Source of the DNA: a virus
Reading direction: 5' to 3' (one strand)
Virus record (IMG/VR): IMGVR_UViG_3300032241_003323
Span: 6,042 to 70,041 of that record
DNA length: 64,000 nt
Of the stretch, positions 47,645 to 57,113 are shown in pieces. The first letter of the stretch is position 1, and every line of letters begins with the position of its first letter. The notes under the pieces are model-generated. The model did no database searches, was not told the origin of the DNA, and worked only from the letters and a program-made list of their open reading frames with translations. Position numbers and translations under genes: made by a program.

Positions 47645-47902
47645 TCAAGATTCTACCATGCTAAATCTTTTATCATTTTCTTTTGTAACAACAGATTCAA
47701 TTAGATCTATCATATCATAAAGTTCATTGCTCGTTTGTGCAGATGAAAGCCAACGATCAATTTCTTTAACATTCGCCAAAAAATCTACAACTTCCGCTAA
47801 ATCACCAGATAACTTTTGATTCAACCTTGGTGCCAAAAACTTTAAATTTTCATCCGAAAGTCTCTGACAATACTCTTTTAAATACACATCTGGCTTTTTC
47901 AT
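47645..47902 (-). CDS. hypothetical protein
   Basis: 85 aa ORF. Confidence 0.55.
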   Translation of the reverse strand: MKKPDVYLKEYCQRLSDENLKFLAPRLNQKLSGDLAEVVDFLANVKEIDRWLSSAQTSNELYDMIDLIESVVTKENDKRFSMVES

Positions 47903-47920
47903 TAGAAATGAACTCCGAAC

Positions 47921-48259
47921 ATGAAATTAGAAAACGTCTTCAAAGAAGACAAACTCGAAGAAATATTAGTTGCAAACTGGACACAGTTTTTGGATAGCTC
48001 AAAATTATTGGGTTTCGTTTTAAAAAATGTAAAAGAAAACATCAACAATTTAGCCGTAATTAACTCAAAAGAATTAAAACGCAAAGGCCCATCCATTACG
48101 TTATCCCGTTTTTACCGGATAAACACAGGGTTCAGCCTGTGGGTTGAGTTCCACGTTCCTATAGATGAAAATAAAACATCCGAAGGAACAATGGAACTTT
48201 ATTTATCCAGCAACGGAATTATAACGTATGTGACCATGACAGGGAATATTTATTTTTAA
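47921..48259 (+). CDS. hypothetical protein
   Basis: 112 aa ORF. Confidence 0.5.
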   Translation: MKLENVFKEDKLEEILVANWTQFLDSSKLLGFVLKNVKENINNLAVINSKELKRKGPSITLSRFYRINTGFSLWVEFHVPIDENKTSEGTMELYLSSNGIITYVTMTGNIYF

Positions 48260-48274
48260 TAAAATAAATATTTT

Positions 48275-48574
48275 TTATACAACGTCTACACGCCTCACCT
48301 GTTCTCCATTTTTATCTACAAATTTGTCCTCTAAAATCATAATTTTTTCATCGTCAGCAAAACGAAGCCCCATATTATAGGAATCAAGACTCATGACACG
48401 ATTACCTTGCGATGCAATTACCCAGCAATAATCATTTTTAATTGTCAACTTCCCATCTTGATTTTCTTGTGTAAGACCAATCTCAAGAGTTACACCATCA
48501 GGAAGAGCGATCTCAATCTGTCCATGCTTGAGAAGATGTTCAACAATCAGCGATTGAATTTTGTTTTGTTTCAT
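48275..48574 (-). CDS. hypothetical protein
   Basis: GAGG RBS before MKQNK. Confidence 0.55.
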   Translation of the reverse strand: MKQNKIQSLIVEHLLKHGQIEIALPDGVTLEIGLTQENQDGKLTIKNDYCWVIASQGNRVMSLDSYNMGLRFADDEKIMILEDKFVDKNGEQVRRVDVV

Positions 48575-48652
48575 TTTATGGACCCTCGTTAAAAGGTTGC
48601 TTGCATATAAATATGCATTGATAATATATATCCACAAAGGAAGGAATATACA

Positions 48653-49972
48653 TTGATTTACAGCCAACAAAAAAGATGTTATGATGAAAAAAATTTAAAA
48701 TTCAAAGAGTTTTTAGAACACATGGAAGAACGATACGAAAGCATTAAAGCCGACATTCCAATGCCCCCCGCAGTAAAAACCCTCAGTGAACTTTTTTCAA
48801 ACCAAGGTGCATCCCTATTCGCTGTCGGTGGGGTAATCCGAGATTATCTTTTTTCAAAACATCATGGTGGTAAATTTTCACCGAAAGACGTTGATCTGGC
48901 CACAGAAATTCCACCAAATGAAGTTTTAAACATTTTAAATAGCCCCGAGGCTTTGGCTAAAGGAGTTAAAAGCTTTCCTAAAGGAGAGGCTTTTGGTGTA
49001 ATTTCAGCCATCATCAACAAAGAAGAATATGAAATTGCGACATTTAGAGAAGATGGGCAATATACTGATGGTCGTCGTCCTGATTCTGTCATTTTTAGCA
49101 CCCCAGCAAAAGATGCTCAACGCAGGGATTTAACCTATAACGCATTATTTTACGACATCAACAACAAAGAAATTAGAGATTATAATTTAGATGGAAATGG
49201 TGATGGGCAAGGATTCCAAGACATTAAAAATTTAGTTGCCAGACCAGTTGGCAATGCTCGTGACAGATTCAAGGAAGATAAACTCAGAATCCCAAGATTA
49301 ATACGATTCTTTTCAAGATTTAATCCTGGCGAAATTATGCACCATTTAGATAAAAACACATTAGATGCGATACAAGAATTTAAAAATCTTGCCGGTGTTT
49401 CTCCAGAAAGAATTTCAGCAGAATTTATTTCTGGACTACAAAAATCGGCCAAACCAACAAATTATATCAAAAACTATGAAGTTACTGGTTTGCTTCCAGC
49501 AGTATTTCCAGGGCTATCTCCAAACTTAAAAGATATAGAAAATATAGGAAATACAAAAAATATAAAAGCTGTTTTAGCATGGATTTTCAGAGATGGTGAT
49601 CCTCAAAAAATAAGATCAGCATTAAATAGAATGAAATATCCAAATAACATTTCTGATGGTGTTGGCTTTTTAATTCGAGTCCATCAGATGGATGAGTCCC
49701 AAATTTATCAAATTTTAAAACAGAGAGACATTTACAAACAATTAAAAGATCCATTGCTACAAACAGAGGCAAAAAAAGATATGGAAAAAGATATAATGGA
49801 TTTTGCACACATTGCAGGAACTCAAAGTGCTCTCCAGCATTTTTTAAATTATCAATCTCAAATTAAATCACAAGATTTCATGCATTTAAAAGGAAAAGAA
49901 ATCAGCGATGCCATGTCAAATGCAGAAAAAATTTCATATCTTAATTCTAGAAACGCAAATCTACAAAAATGA
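48653..49972 (+). CDS. cca: class II tRNA nucleotidyltransferase (CCA-adding / poly(A) polymerase family)
   Basis: VGGVIRD, KDVDLAT, EIATFR, DGRRP, RRDLTYNALFY, EDKLRI.R.IRF, SPERI; TATAAATA at 48606. Confidence 0.88.
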   Translation: MIYSQQKRCYDEKNLKFKEFLEHMEERYESIKADIPMPPAVKTLSELFSNQGASLFAVGGVIRDYLFSKHHGGKFSPKDVDLATEIPPNEVLNILNSPEALAKGVKSFPKGEAFGVISAIINKEEYEIATFREDGQYTDGRRPDSVIFSTPAKDAQRRDLTYNALFYDINNKEIRDYNLDGNGDGQGFQDIKNLVARPVGNARDRFKEDKLRIPRLIRFFSRFNPGEIMHHLDKNTLDAIQEFKNLAGVSPERISAEFISGLQKSAKPTNYIKNYEVTGLLPAVFPGLSPNLKDIENIGNTKNIKAVLAWIFRDGDPQKIRSALNRMKYPNNISDGVGFLIRVHQMDESQIYQILKQRDIYKQLKDPLLQTEAKKDMEKDIMDFAHIAGTQSALQHFLNYQSQIKSQDFMHLKGKEISDAMSNAEKISYLNSRNANLQK

Positions 49973-50376
49973 AACCAACCATTTTCAAAAGCCAAGGAAT
50001 TCTTCGTTATTCCAATTATAACGAAGAATTTAAATTAATTCTTGAAGTAGACCAAGGAATTGTTCTTTTTTATCGAAGTTTAATTCCAAAATATATTTCA
50101 ATAAATAAACAGAAATATGATCCACACATTTCTGTAGTTCGCAAAGAAATCCCCATAAACAAAAATTTTTGGGGATTATATGAAGGAAAAGAAATTGAAT
50201 TTGAATATTCCAATCAAATTTATCATGGAAAAGTGTATTGGTGGCTTAATGCATTCAGCAAAGAGCTAGAAAATATTCGAACAGAATTAGGATTACCAGT
50301 TTCCAGCGAATTTACACGGCCACCAAGTGAAAAATATATAAAATGCTTCCACATAACCATAGGAAATATGAAATAA
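49969..50376 (+). CDS. 2H phosphoesterase
   Basis: two Hx(S/T)x motifs, HISV and HITI. Confidence 0.7.
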   Translation: MKPTIFKSQGILRYSNYNEEFKLILEVDQGIVLFYRSLIPKYISINKQKYDPHISVVRKEIPINKNFWGLYEGKEIEFEYSNQIYHGKVYWWLNAFSKELENIRTELGLPVSSEFTRPPSEKYIKCFHITIGNMK

Positions 50377-50394
50377 TTATTTCATATATAATTT

Positions 50395-50883
50395 ATGTTA
50401 AAATTTATAGAGTGGTCTTTACTTAAAGAAGGATTGTCAATAATTGACATAAACCCAGAAGATGATTGGGAATACGGAGAACAAGCATATAGAATTGCCA
50501 AAGAAGTAGGAATTAGACCTTCTTCTGATAAATCTCCAACAATTATTGCATTAAACGACAAAGATGAAGTAATCGGTGCTGTTTTTACATCTTGGTCAGA
50601 TGATCATGAAATGAGCCAAGAGGCTGGAGAACGTGTAGCACAATGGAACTTTGATGTAGTTGTCGATAAAAAATGGCAAGGATATAAAATGATAGGAATG
50701 CAACTAATTCGTCGTGCCGAAGAAGAAAAAAAGAATTTAGAAAGTATGTTTGACCAAAAAGCACAAACCAAATTATGGGTAGTAAATCCCAAATTAGCAA
50801 AAGTTCTACAACATCCAAAATATGGATACAATGTAGACGCAGAACATGGCGATGGATCTGCACATTTGAGCAAATGGGATTAA
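50395..50883 (+). CDS. GNAT-fold acetyltransferase-like protein
   Basis: 'VVVDKKWQGYKMIGMQLI' acetyl-CoA motif, VNP. Confidence 0.65.
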   Translation: MLKFIEWSLLKEGLSIIDINPEDDWEYGEQAYRIAKEVGIRPSSDKSPTIIALNDKDEVIGAVFTSWSDDHEMSQEAGERVAQWNFDVVVDKKWQGYKMIGMQLIRRAEEEKKNLESMFDQKAQTKLWVVNPKLAKVLQHPKYGYNVDAEHGDGSAHLSKWD

Positions 50884-51348
50884 TCAATAAAAATTTACTT
50901 GATTTGGCTGCATATAAAGATAATTGAATCCTTCAAATTCGCACTCTTCGGATTCTGTTTCATGGGGAATAGGTATTGAATTTCCATCTTGATCCACACA
51001 AACAGTCCAAATGTATATTTTTCTGTTATCTTTAAATATTTCAATAAGCGATAAATTGCCGTCTCCCAAAAATCTTTTGCCAAGTTTACAAATCAAATTA
51101 AATGGCAAAAAAGGGCTGTTTTTATTATAAATCTGAAGAATTTCTGTAAAATACTCATCATAATCAGACTTTTGATAATTTAAAACAATCTGGTAGCCAT
51201 CAACAACTGCCTCTCTTTGTTTTAAAACAGACAAATCATCCTCCATCATTGTTGGCATCATTTTGGGAAAATTATAGGGAACTAAAACATTTCCCAACGA
51301 CTTCATCCTTTTAATGATATCGTCTAATTTCAATTCCTTGTAAAACAT
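50884..51348 (-). CDS. hypothetical protein
   Basis: 154 aa ORF with an AGGTG RBS. Confidence 0.55.
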   Translation of the reverse strand: MFYKELKLDDIIKRMKSLGNVLVPYNFPKMMPTMMEDDLSVLKQREAVVDGYQIVLNYQKSDYDEYFTEILQIYNKNSPFLPFNLICKLGKRFLGDGNLSLIEIFKDNRKIYIWTVCVDQDGNSIPIPHETESEECEFEGFNYLYMQPNQVNFY

Positions 51349-51359
51349 AAATCACCTTT

Positions 51360-52388
51360 TTATATACGAAACTTATCACTATAAATATCATCGTCTGAAA
51401 TATTAAATTCATAAGGAAAATATTCACAAAGACGATCTATTTGCTCACGAGATATTCTACGTCCCAAACTACTCATGATCCCAGAAAAATTATTATTTTT
51501 CGTGTTAACATCCAATCTTGAGACAAACCAAGATCGCACCTGTTCCAATCCTGGAGAAAGATCACACTGATCTGGCATAAATCCTAAAATTTCAAAAACA
51601 TCAAAGGGATCAAGCCAACAATAGCTTGACCATTTATTTCCACGCTCATAAGGCAATGGAGTTCCTTTAAATGCTATCGTTTCAACAAAATGTAAAATCA
51701 ATCTAACCCAATTTTTAGCCATCCAAGGAAATAAACAACATTTATTGTCCATAATCCTAAATTCTATTGTTTTTCTTCTTTTGTTATAATAATGATAAGT
51801 ATTTACAGTATAATATTTACAAATTCCTAATTTTTTAATTAATTGATCTGGAGGTATTAATCCTTCCTCCACATCACTAAACATATCTGTCATCCCAATA
51901 AATTGACAATATTGATTCTTTTTTCTACATTCGGGAACAGAATCCATAAAGACAGGCTCACATTTAATCCACCATGATAAAACATTAGCAATTTGAACAT
52001 CTGTTAAATCAGAAACATCTATATGCACATGAAATGAACACCGTTGATCTGCAAGTATTTTATAATCTTTTTTAAAACTATCAATTACACGACAAAGACT
52101 TAAAAGTCCAGTCCAACCTTTTAAAACTGGGGTGCAAACCTCCATTCCGCAACTTCCATCCGGTTTTACAATCCAAAAATCATTATAATGATCATTCCTC
52201 CATTTGTGAATTACAACCTTTTCTTGAGTAATTTTTTGAACAATATTGCCTATATAATGTATTCCTTCGGGCAATTTTCCCACCTCATAGCCAACCGGCC
52301 TACTTTTCAAATCAAAAGAATTTAATTCAATTTCAACACCAAATCTACGATAATAATTTAAATTCAATTTCTTTTTATCACAGTCCAT
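51360..52388 (-). CDS. amidoligase (COOH-NH2 ligase type 2)
   Basis: FGVEIE, DGSCGMEVCTPVL, CSFHVH, TIEFR. Confidence 0.88.
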   Translation of the reverse strand: MDCDKKKLNLNYYRRFGVEIELNSFDLKSRPVGYEVGKLPEGIHYIGNIVQKITQEKVVIHKWRNDHYNDFWIVKPDGSCGMEVCTPVLKGWTGLLSLCRVIDSFKKDYKILADQRCSFHVHIDVSDLTDVQIANVLSWWIKCEPVFMDSVPECRKKNQYCQFIGMTDMFSDVEEGLIPPDQLIKKLGICKYYTVNTYHYYNKRRKTIEFRIMDNKCCLFPWMAKNWVRLILHFVETIAFKGTPLPYERGNKWSSYCWLDPFDVFEILGFMPDQCDLSPGLEQVRSWFVSRLDVNTKNNNFSGIMSSLGRRISREQIDRLCEYFPYEFNISDDDIYSDKFRI

Positions 52389-52488
52389 AGTAATTTTCCA
52401 AAAAATTATAATTAAGCAAAATATTATACAAAATTACTACCAATTCATCAATCCCTACCATATAATTTGATTGCACAGGAGAAAAATT

Positions 52489-52950
52489 ATGAAATGTCTG
52501 CTTATAGAAACCAAAGACAATCGAAAATTTGTCACACATGAAAAAAATTTCATACAACTTATTGAATTCTCAAAAGCATTTAATGCTCAAATTTCTACAG
52601 TAAAGCTAGAAGAAGGAACAGTTTTAGAATTAGAAGAACTGGCTCCTGCAATTTGTGATCCAAATTACAAAAAAACCAAATTACAATATGAAATTATTGA
52701 AACAAAAGTATTATCAGCCATCAAATCAAGAAATGAAATGTTGGAAGTTGCAAATAAAATAAAAAAATATATCTCTGATGAATTTTCAAACAAAAAATCT
52801 GTTAGTCTTAAAAATCTAAAAAAAGAATTTAAAAGCTATAAACTTAGTGATGCTGCACTGTGTAATCATATTCGACGTGTAAAAATGGAAATGGAAAGAA
52901 ATGGATATAAATTCCACAAAATCGGAGTTGGAGAATACCAAACACAATAA
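52489..52950 (+). CDS. hypothetical protein with a possible C-terminal winged helix
   Basis: AGGAG RBS; basic helical C-terminus. Confidence 0.5.
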   Translation: MKCLLIETKDNRKFVTHEKNFIQLIEFSKAFNAQISTVKLEEGTVLELEELAPAICDPNYKKTKLQYEIIETKVLSAIKSRNEMLEVANKIKKYISDEFSNKKSVSLKNLKKEFKSYKLSDAALCNHIRRVKMEMERNGYKFHKIGVGEYQTQ

Positions 52951-53066
52951 TTTTAAATCTTTAAAATAAAAATTATTGATACAATTCAAAAAATTTTCAA
53001 TTAGAAAAGATTTAATAGAATATATATATAAGAAAGGAATCCTTTTAATTCTAACAGGAGAGAACT

Positions 53067-53291
53067 ATGGCGAATTATCAAGTTAACTTGACCCCAAGCT
53101 TAATCAATCTAGGAACCGAAGGTAGCCTAGACACCTCAATTGTAAACGGTGCTTCAATTCAACGCACCTATGTTGACCTAGATGTCGTTACAAACTCTGG
53201 TCGTAAAAAAGTTGGTCGTCTTAAAGATGGCGAAACATTCAACGATACAATTGTTGGACTCGGTGGTTACGAAGACATTACAGCTCTTTGA
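53067..53291 (+). CDS. small hypothetical protein (possibly structural)
   Basis: AGGAG RBS and its own terminator. Confidence 0.6.
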   Translation: MANYQVNLTPSLINLGTEGSLDTSIVNGASIQRTYVDLDVVTNSGRKKVGRLKDGETFNDTIVGLGGYEDITAL

Positions 53292-53309
53292 TTTTAATGC
53301 AACCCAAAC

Positions 53310-53343
53310 AAAAAAAGCCCCAGAGCAATCTGGGGCTTTTTTT
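53310..53343. terminator. bidirectional intrinsic terminator
   Basis: AAAAAAGCCCCAGA-GCAA-TCTGGGGCTTTTTTT. Confidence 0.88.
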
Positions 53344-53347
53344 GTTT

Positions 53348-54586
53348 TTATCCTTCTAATTCTTCATCAATATCATCATCATCGTCTTCATCAACAACAT
53401 CATTAACTTCAATATTAGAATCATCTTCTGGTCTAAAATTTATAGCCTCCTGATAAGGCTCTAAATAATCAACCACTTGTTCTGATGAAGTTGCATCAAT
53501 CAATGCTGGACATTTAAGAAGAATATCCATAGGAACATCATTGCGATCCATGCTGGCTTTGAACTTAATTTCAGATCCACCAGCCCAAGGTTCCTTAACA
53601 GCAAAATTTCCAGAACCTTTTATTTCAATCCGATCTGCATCCAAAAGACAGCTTAGAAGGCCGCTAATTGGATTAATCCCCTTATCAAACAACAATTGAA
53701 TGTTATCTGATTCTACAAATGGCCTATGAGTTTTGTTTTTAACATTTTTCAACTTAACATTAATTCCAAGAATTTTCTTTTTCTTGGCTGTTACCTTTTT
53801 TTCAATCTTCATTTGCGTCTTCGTTTCGAGTCTGCATGAAGCATAGAAAGGCAAAGCGTTGCCGCCACCAGCAGTCGTTTTGGCTTGCATTCCCATAGGA
53901 GCAAAGCCACCAATCTTATCACGAGTTTGATTAAGAATGATTACTGTTGCATTCTTTTGTTCCATTACTGTATTTAGCTTACGAAACTCCCTAGAACAGA
54001 TCTTTGCACGTTCTCCTGGTTGTTCGTTACCACCTACAATTTTCTTAAATTCTGCTGCTGTATAATTTTCTGGAAGTTTAACTTCTCTAAGTTCTCTTTC
54101 AGATGGAGAAACACCAATCGAATCATAAACAATTACAATTGGTGTTTCCATTGGAACTTTTTCTCTTGCAACCTCAATAACCTTATACATTTTAGAAAAA
54201 ACTTGTTCAAGCGATTGAGGAGTATGCCTTACAATTCTCTTCAAATTACAATGCGAAGCTTTTTGAATAAACTCTTTATTTGCACTATTTTCACAATCCA
54301 TTAAAACTGCAATACCTTTTGCACGTTGTGTTCCAAATAAAATATTCGCCCCAATCAAAGATTTAGAAGAGGAGTTTGGACCATAAATCTCTGTAAGCTT
54401 TCCTCCTGGAATGCCTCCAGTAATAAATTGACCAGAGCAAATATAGTTAAGTGCCAGACTACCTGTATCAACAAAATATTTAATAGAATCAATATTATCT
54501 AGAACATCACCACCAGTTGTCTCTGCCAGTTCTTCAAAAAAATTATCACTAACGTGAGAATCAGCCGCTGCTTTCTTCTTAGCCAT
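53348..54586 (-). CDS. recA: RecA/UvsX-like recombinase
   Basis: DTGSLALN, GGIPGG..TEIYGPNSSSKS, YDS, LNQTR, GGNALPFYASCR, KNK. Confidence 0.9.
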   Translation of the reverse strand: MAKKKAAADSHVSDNFFEELAETTGGDVLDNIDSIKYFVDTGSLALNYICSGQFITGGIPGGKLTEIYGPNSSSKSLIGANILFGTQRAKGIAVLMDCENSANKEFIQKASHCNLKRIVRHTPQSLEQVFSKMYKVIEVAREKVPMETPIVIVYDSIGVSPSERELREVKLPENYTAAEFKKIVGGNEQPGERAKICSREFRKLNTVMEQKNATVIILNQTRDKIGGFAPMGMQAKTTAGGGNALPFYASCRLETKTQMKIEKKVTAKKKKILGINVKLKNVKNKTHRPFVESDNIQLLFDKGINPISGLLSCLLDADRIEIKGSGNFAVKEPWAGGSEIKFKASMDRNDVPMDILLKCPALIDATSSEQVVDYLEPYQEAINFRPEDDSNIEVNDVVDEDDDDDIDEELEG

Positions 54587-54663
54587 TTTAATAAACCTCT
54601 ATAAATTTTTACAAAAAAAATTAGAGAGGGAAACATTAAATTCCCCTCTCTATAACCAGTTAA

Positions 54664-55650
54664 TCAAAGACCAGCAAGCTCACTCATAAAGTCTTCGTCA
54701 GCCAACTGCTCTTCTTCCTTGTAATAAGAATTTGTAGAAGAAGTAGTAACTGCTAATTCTTCACGAACAGTATTAGAAACTGTTGACGATGGCTCTTCAC
54801 GTTTAGCAGAACGGAATTCACTCAAATCATCATCTTCTTCTGAATCTCCTTCTTTTACCATGCCCAAATGAACACGAAGAGCATGTTTAAGTTCATCAGG
54901 AGTTTTAATGCTCCTGAGAGCTTGGAGATCATGAAGGTTTTCAATCCAAGTTTTAAGGTTTTCTGGAGATCCGGCAGGAGAAACACCTTCAAACTTTGAT
55001 TGATCATAGTTTGGATATTCACTTCCACCGCCACCCTTAACAACCTTCTTAATGAGCTTGAAATCACGCCCATTAATTGGATGTGTGATGTCTCCCAATG
55101 CTTCTTCGCCAGTGGATTCATCACCTAACATCGCACGAAGAATTCTTGCATGCGTTGTTTTTCCGCAAGAAAAGATCTTAGGACCAACGTTTTTATGAAT
55201 TTCGTTAGTCTTGAAATCTTTCTCCGAACGAACTATTACATTGTAGTAATATCGCTCAACAGGTTTAATTTCACGAGCCTGATTTTGCAAATCATCTTTG
55301 GCCTTTCCATTCAAGGCTTCAGATTTTTGCCATGTATCAGAATAATACTTACAGATAATACAATCGCCCTGCCATCGTGGGCCTTTATCTGTATGAACAA
55401 GAACCTTTGGGCAGTGATAGGCTCTCTTCTTATTAGTTGTCGGGTTGTTTAAGGTGTGTGTTCGAGTAGCACAATAATGCTTTCCTCCCTTTTTGCGGGG
55501 AAGAATTCTCATCAACACAAAACCATCTCGATCAGGCATTCTGACAAATTTTTGCAAATAATCGTCAGAGTTATTAGCGTTGGACTGAGATGAAACTCTT
55601 TGATATTCCTGTTGCATCTCATTTAGGTCTAGTGATTCGTAGTCTGCCAA
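54664..55650 (-). CDS. gp32-like single-stranded DNA-binding protein
   Basis: RILP, H..C..CxxC Zn site, RYYYNV, PNYDQSKF, acidic tail; upstream of recA; TTG start after GGAG. Confidence 0.8.
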   Translation of the reverse strand: MADYESLDLNEMQQEYQRVSSQSNANNSDDYLQKFVRMPDRDGFVLMRILPRKKGGKHYCATRTHTLNNPTTNKKRAYHCPKVLVHTDKGPRWQGDCIICKYYSDTWQKSEALNGKAKDDLQNQAREIKPVERYYYNVIVRSEKDFKTNEIHKNVGPKIFSCGKTTHARILRAMLGDESTGEEALGDITHPINGRDFKLIKKVVKGGGGSEYPNYDQSKFEGVSPAGSPENLKTWIENLHDLQALRSIKTPDELKHALRVHLGMVKEGDSEEDDDLSEFRSAKREEPSSTVSNTVREELAVTTSSTNSYYKEEEQLADEDFMSELAGL

Positions 55651-55821
55651 GTTAATCTCCAGTCGTTTGAAAGTTATAGAACGCAAACAAAAAGTCAAAG
55701 TAACATTCTTTTGCGTTCGTGGGTTTATTTATAGTTTATATCGGCAGGTGAATCAATAGTTTCCAAATTATTTTTATTTTTTTATATTTACATCAAAATA
55801 TTTTTATTTACATCAAAACTT

Positions 55822-56226
55822 TTAAACTTCTGACCCTTGGGTATCTAATGCTTTTTTGTGAAGAGCATCCATTTTTTCTTTAATTGTCAAGTGCCCTTCA
55901 GACTCTAATTCTTGATTAGCTTTTTCACGACTGGCTTGTTCCATTTCATATTCCTGCTCAAGTGCCTCTAGAATCTCCATATTCTTTTTTAACTTTTCTG
56001 TAATAGCTTGAGATCTAGCCTCATCTCTCTTCAAAGCAAGTTCTGGATTATTGATAATTGGAACCGGCTTTCCATATACCATTTCTTGTAATTCTTTTTC
56101 TTTTTTCTGTTCTTCGATGGCCATTTTTCTTTCCTTTCTCATCTTTTCTTTTTGGAAAAGACTTTTTGCACGAACGTTTCTTTCTCTTTCTTTTTTCTTT
56201 TGCTGCTTCTTTTGTTGACTTGCCAT
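55822..56226 (-). CDS. charged coiled-coil hypothetical protein
   Basis: 134 aa ORF. Confidence 0.55.
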   Translation of the reverse strand: MASQQKKQQKKKERERNVRAKSLFQKEKMRKERKMAIEEQKKEKELQEMVYGKPVPIINNPELALKRDEARSQAITEKLKKNMEILEALEQEYEMEQASREKANQELESEGHLTIKEKMDALHKKALDTQGSEV

Positions 56227-56318
56227 TTTTATTCCTATTTTTTACGAAGGGTCAAATTTTATTATATAATAAAAAATAACCTACCACAAAGAAAATTAAT
56301 TTTAAAATATAATTTTTA

Positions 56319-57113
56319 TTACCGTCTTCTAATGTCTGGCATGTCTGGCTCCATATTGGCCCCTCCCCAATAAAGTTTCCCACCGTCTCTTTGTTGTTGA
56401 TTTTGAGAAAATCCCAACTCTTTATCGCCAAACAAATTAGTATTAGGAACAAAATATTTATCAGAAACCAATTGATCTCTGCCATTGTCGTCAAGAACCA
56501 AATATGCCTCTCCACCCATTGGAAGACTTCTCTTTTCAAAAATTGGATATTTTTTGTCAGGAGTTAAACGTAAATTCTTCTGTTTGATTTCTTGCATGTG
56601 ATGTAATTCAGGACAAAATATCATCAAATCTACAGGGCGACGTGGACGATTTTGTTCATGAGGATGAATTGAAACAGATTGTTGTGTATTGGTATTTTGA
56701 TTAACAACCGAATACTTTTCCACAAAATCACGCATAGGATCAGGAACAGGATGCTGGAAAGGAGCAGGATGATGCGTTTGTGCAGGAGAAATTGTCACAT
56801 TTTGAAATATGTCTTGAACAATAACTGAAGAAGAATCTTCACCACCTCCATCAAATAAAAACTTTTTATTTTTAAGTATTATTCCACCTTTGGCCTCTTT
56901 AAAGCTTATTGGCTTACGTGACAATTCAAAAACTTCGACATCAACAATCCAAACATCTCGACGAGCAAGTTGTGCCATAATAGCACCTGCCAACTTTTCT
57001 AAAGAAACATCATCAAAAGGGTCTCCAACCTTCTTTTTGAAAACTTTTACTTCGTCTCGGTTGTAACCATCTTCTGTTCGCTCATAAAATTGATAAGAAA
57101 CTTCGTAACCCAT
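56319..57113 (-). CDS. hypothetical protein
   Basis: 264 aa ORF coupled to the upstream gene. Confidence 0.6.
   Translation of the reverse strand: MGYEVSYQFYERTEDGYNRDEVKVFKKKVGDPFDDVSLEKLAGAIMAQLARRDVWIVDVEVFELSRKPISFKEAKGGIILKNKKFLFDGGGEDSSSVIVQDIFQNVTISPAQTHHPAPFQHPVPDPMRDFVEKYSVVNQNTNTQQSVSIHPHEQNRPRRPVDLMIFCPELHHMQEIKQKNLRLTPDKKYPIFEKRSLPMGGEAYLVLDDNGRDQLVSDKYFVPNTNLFGDKELGFSQNQQQRDGGKLYWGGANMEPDMPDIRRR

Noticed and set aside
48681-48698. Possible -1 frameshift at ATGATG-A7 giving MMKKNLKFKEFLE for cca
   Set aside because: An in-frame TTG with an AAGGAAGG RBS at 48653 explains the gene; a homopolymer error cannot be excluded
55785-55820. Direct repeat TATTTACATCAAAA x2 upstream of ssb
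   Set aside because: Short and AT-rich with only two copies; not enough to call an operator or iteron
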